DNA of 32,000 nucleotides, taken from assembly GCF_001644705.1 (NCBI RefSeq), contig NZ_CP015137.1, positions 3,810,001 through 3,842,000 on the forward strand, read 5' to 3'. Below, piece after piece: positions 28,965-32,000 of this stretch. The first letter of the stretch is position 1; each line of letters begins with the position of its first letter. The notes beneath the pieces are model-generated. The model was not told the origin of the DNA and did not search any database. It saw only the letters and a list, made by a program, of their open reading frames with translations. This DNA comes from Dickeya solani IPO 2222. Lineage in GTDB: Bacteria; Pseudomonadota; Gammaproteobacteria; Enterobacterales; Enterobacteriaceae. The position numbers and the translations under genes were made by a program.

Positions 28965-31142
28965 ATGGCGACACGACTGACAGACACTCCGTCCCGACTG
29001 TCTATTCTGTGGCAGGATGCCTTGCTGAAAATTTCTCAGTCACTGTTGCAACAACGCACCATTCCTGACCTGTTGCGGGCGCTGGATGGCGTGTCGTTTT
29101 CGGTGGTGCGCTTTGGCCGGGTCAACCTGATCCTGCTTGATCCGCTGCATAACCAGATGAATTTCTATCGCCACGACCGCGAATCCGGGCAGACCCAGTG
29201 CAGCGAAGAGGCGATTCTGCTGGCTAACGGGCCTGGCGGGGTGGTGTGGAGCACGCAGACCCCGCTGCATTGCGATCGTCCACACTTTCAGCGTGATTTC
29301 CCCCACCTGACTGACCAGCCGGCCTACGCCGGCCTGAGTGATTATTGTCAGTTGCCGCTGCGTGGCACGCACCGCGGGTTGGGCGGGGTGGAGTTCCTCA
29401 AGACCGACGGTAGCCGTTTCACCGATAACGAACTCGATTTTTTCCAGGCGCTGGCCGGGGTGGTAGCGCTGGTGGTGGAAACCATTCGCGAGCGCGAACA
29501 GGTGCTGCAGGAAGAGGAGCGGTTGCGCCATGAGCGCGACCATCTGCGCATTCTGGTGGATGTCACTAACACCGTGATTTCCAAACTGGAACTGAAGGCG
29601 CTGGCGCTGGAAGTGTCGCGCGAAATCCACCGCTTTTTCGGCATCGATTTTATCGCGCTGGTATTAAAAGAAGGCGAGGGCGAAGCGCAAAGGCTCAAGT
29701 ATCTCGCCACCGTTTACCCGCCGGCCGGCGCGCCGAAAACGGCGCAAGGCGAGGTGGATCGGGCGCAAACGCTGGCAGACGGCGTGATGGCGCAGCATCA
29801 GCCGCAGTTGGTACGGGTGACGGAACGCCCCCAAACCGGCGAACCGCGCCCGCTCAGCCAGTGGTTCGACAATGCGTTGTCTCACGTCTGCCTGCTGCCG
29901 CTGGCGTTTGGCAACCGGACGCTGGGCGTGTTGGAGCTGGCGCACCGCTCAGCGCTGGCGGTCAGCGAGGCGGATCTCCGGCTGCTGCGGCAGATTGCCG
30001 CGCGTATCGCCATTGCGCTGGATAACGCGCTGGCCTATGAGCAGATCACCCGGCTGAAGGATTCGCTGATCCATGAAAACTTCTACCTTACCGAACAGCT
30101 TACCGAGCATATCCATCAGCGCAGCGGCGATGAGTTTGGCGAAATCATCGGCCGCAGTGCGGCGATCCGCCAGGTGCTGGAACAGGTAGAGATGGTGGCG
30201 GCCAGCGACAGCACCGTGCTGATTCTGGGGGAAACCGGCACCGGCAAGGAACTGATTGCCCGCGCTATCCATAGCCTGAGCCAGCGTAAAGCCCAGCATA
30301 TGGTGAAAATGAATTGCGCCGCCATTCCGTCCGGCCTGCTGGAAAGCGACCTGTTCGGCCATGAAAAGGGCGCGTTTACCGGCGCCACCAGCCAGCGTCA
30401 GGGGCGGTTTGAACTGGCGGATAGCAGTACGTTGTTTCTGGATGAGGTGGGCGATATCCCGCTGGAATTGCAGCCCAAACTGCTGCGGGTGCTGCAGGAG
30501 CGGGAGATCGAGCGGCTGGGCGGCAGCAAGGTGATTCCGGTGGATGTGCGGTTGATCGCCGCCACCAACCGCGACCTGAAGCAGATGGTGGCGGACCGCG
30601 AGTACCGCAGTGACCTTTATTACCGGCTCAATGTCTTTCCCATCGTCATTCCGCCGTTGCGCGAGCGGCCGGAAGATATTCCACTGCTGGTGAAGTTTTT
30701 CACCCGCAAGATTGCCCGTCGTATGAACCGTACCATCGACAGCATTCCGTCCGACATGTTGCGTCAGCTGAGCCGTTTGCCGTGGCCCGGCAACGTGAGG
30801 GAGTTGGAAAACGTGGTAGAGCGCGCGGTGATCCTGACGCGCGGCACCACGCTCAATCTGCAAATGGATGAATTGCAGCATCACCTGTCGCCGCTGGAGG
30901 TGCCCAAACCTGCGCACCGCGACCTTACGCCGCCGCCGGTGGCGGCCGAGCCGTCATCCGGGCAACTGGATGCTGAAGAGGAATCGGAGCGCGAGCGTAT
31001 TATCCGGGTACTGAGGGAAACCAACGGTATCGTCGCCGGCCCGAAAGGCGCCGCCGCCCGGCTCGGGCTTAAACGCACCACGCTGTTGTCGCGCATGCAA
31101 CGCATGGGGATTTCCGCCCGGGAAATCGAGGGAATTTCCTGA
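28965..31142 (+). CDS. fhlA: Sigma-54-dependent formate hydrogenlyase transcriptional activator
   Basis: ORF from GTG 28959 or ATG 28965. It has two GAF-like N-terminal domains, an AAA+ domain ([35 protein letters not shown]) and a C-terminal HTH ([20 protein letters not shown]). It is colinear with E. coli FhlA. Confidence 0.85.
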   Translation: MATRLTDTPSRLSILWQDALLKISQSLLQQRTIPDLLRALDGVSFSVVRFGRVNLILLDPLHNQMNFYRHDRESGQTQCSEEAILLANGPGGVVWSTQTPLHCDRPHFQRDFPHLTDQPAYAGLSDYCQLPLRGTHRGLGGVEFLKTDGSRFTDNELDFFQALAGVVALVVETIREREQVLQEEERLRHERDHLRILVDVTNTVISKLELKALALEVSREIHRFFGIDFIALVLKEGEGEAQRLKYLATVYPPAGAPKTAQGEVDRAQTLADGVMAQHQPQLVRVTERPQTGEPRPLSQWFDNALSHVCLLPLAFGNRTLGVLELAHRSALAVSEADLRLLRQIAARIAIALDNALAYEQITRLKDSLIHENFYLTEQLTEHIHQRSGDEFGEIIGRSAAIRQVLEQVEMVAASDSTVLILGETGTGKELIARAIHSLSQRKAQHMVKMNCAAIPSGLLESDLFGHEKGAFTGATSQRQGRFELADSSTLFLDEVGDIPLELQPKLLRVLQEREIERLGGSKVIPVDVRLIAATNRDLKQMVADREYRSDLYYRLNVFPIVIPPLRERPEDIPLLVKFFTRKIARRMNRTIDSIPSDMLRQLSRLPWPGNVRELENVVERAVILTRGTTLNLQMDELQHHLSPLEVPKPAHRDLTPPPVAAEPSSGQLDAEEESERERIIRVLRETNGIVAGPKGAAARLGLKRTTLLSRMQRMGISAREIEGIS

Positions 31143-31180
31143 TTTTGGTGATTGAAACGATGAGGTTGTGAGACGGACTG

Positions 31181-31213
31181 AAAAAGCCATCCTCCCCGAA
31201 CGAGGAGGATGGC
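31181..31213 (-). terminator. Rho-independent terminator of fdhF (between convergent genes)
   Basis: GCCATCCTCC-8 nt-GGAGGATGGC hairpin followed by TTTTT on the minus strand, 20 nt after the fdhF stop codon. Confidence 0.6.
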
Positions 31214-31233
31214 GAAGGGTTGATGGCGAAGGA

Positions 31234-32000
31234 TTAACCGGCCACTTCCGCTTCTTTACGCAGACGGGCCTTCAGTGCGCTGTACTCCTGTACGACGTAG
31301 TTCTCCGCCCAGTTTTGGTCGGCGATCGGTTCCAGTTTCACCGCGCAATGCTTGTATTCCGGTGTTTTGGCGATCGGGTCCACTTCGTCCAGCGTCAGCT
31401 CGTTACAGGCACCAATCCACCACTGATAGGTCATGTAAACCGCGCCTTTGTTGATGCGCTCGCTGACCATCGCCCGGCTGATTACCTTGCCGCGGCGTGA
31501 CGCTACCCACGTCAGTTGCTGATCGCGAATGCCGAGATGAGCGGCGTCTTCCGGGTTCATCTGCACGTAGCCCGGTTCGTCCGCCAATGTTTGCAGCGCG
31601 GTGCAGTTGCCGGTCATGGAACGGCAGGAGTAGTGACCGACTTCGCGCACCGTGGAGAGTACCAGCGGGTAGTTGGCGTCGGTCTGCTCCATCGGCGGGT
31701 GCCATTCGGTCGCAAACAGCAACCCTTTGCCGTTCGGGCGGTCGAACTGGTTACCGGCGTACAGCCACGGCGTGCCTGGGCTGTCTTCGGTCAGGCACGG
31801 CCACGGTACATAGCCTAGTCCGCCCATTTTCTCATAGGTAGCGCCGTAATAGAGCGGGCACAGATTGCGCAGCTCATCCCAGATTTCATGCGTGTTGTTG
31901 TAGTGCATTGGGTAGCCCAGCGCGGTCGCCATCAGGCTGATGATTTCCCAATCCGGTTTCACATTGCCCTGCGGTTCTACCGCTTTGTAGAAACGCTGGA
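31234..32000 (-). CDS. fdhF: Formate dehydrogenase H, C-terminal part (5' end outside the window)
   Basis: The frame is open to the window edge. VREVGHYSCRSMTGNC, GYVQMNPEDA, KTPEYKHCAVKLEPIADQ and the C-terminal tail are colinear with E. coli FdhF. The selenocysteine codon region is not in the window. Confidence 0.9.
   Translation of the reverse strand, partial: QRFYKAVEPQGNVKPDWEIISLMATALGYPMHYNNTHEIWDELRNLCPLYYGATYEKMGGLGYVPWPCLTEDSPGTPWLYAGNQFDRPNGKGLLFATEWHPPMEQTDANYPLVLSTVREVGHYSCRSMTGNCTALQTLADEPGYVQMNPEDAAHLGIRDQQLTWVASRRGKVISRAMVSERINKGAVYMTYQWWIGACNELTLDEVDPIAKTPEYKHCAVKLEPIADQNWAENYVVQEYSALKARLRKEAEVAG

Noticed and set aside
29040-30917. Antisense and off-frame ORFs within fhlA (196 aa, 322 aa and others)
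   Set aside because: These are GC-rich shadow frames. The fhlA frame carries all the sigma-54 activator motifs.

Overview
Enterobacterales-type chromosomal window; the lacI-lacZ pair without lacY may suggest Pectobacteriaceae, but that is inference only. By eye it has three compositional blocks. (1) 1-12.9 kb, moderate GC, holds housekeeping and accessory genes: a DUF2501 protein, a flavin reductase, yeaR-yoaG, a Bcr/CflA MFS pump, a TonB-dependent receptor with a periplasmic binding protein, an RpiR regulator, an SDR-GST-LEH operon with a divergent AraC regulator, and an MmcQ/YjbR protein. (2) 12.99-20.2 kb is a degraded genomic island at a tRNA-Asn gene. It contains a decayed IS630-family element, a markedly AT-rich four-gene operon, a 0.8 kb AT-rich leader region and a 3'-truncated P4-type integrase. 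(3) 20.3-32 kb, GC-rich, carries lacZ-lacO-lacI, an aspartate racemase, a LysR regulator, a DAACS symporter, fhlA and the 3' part of fdhF. The main finding is the island operon on the minus strand. It starts with a 59-codon ORF that is missing from the supplied track and encodes a Cys/Ser/Thr/Gly-rich peptide, followed by a hairpin. Next come a 508-aa protein with LanM-type (DUF4135) kinase and elimination motifs but no LanC cyclase domain, a 284-aa erythromycin-esterase/ChaN-like protein, and an ABC exporter. This looks like an atypical, apparently uncharacterised lanthipeptide-like RiPP or microcin locus. All homology calls rest on motif recognition from memory; no searches were run.
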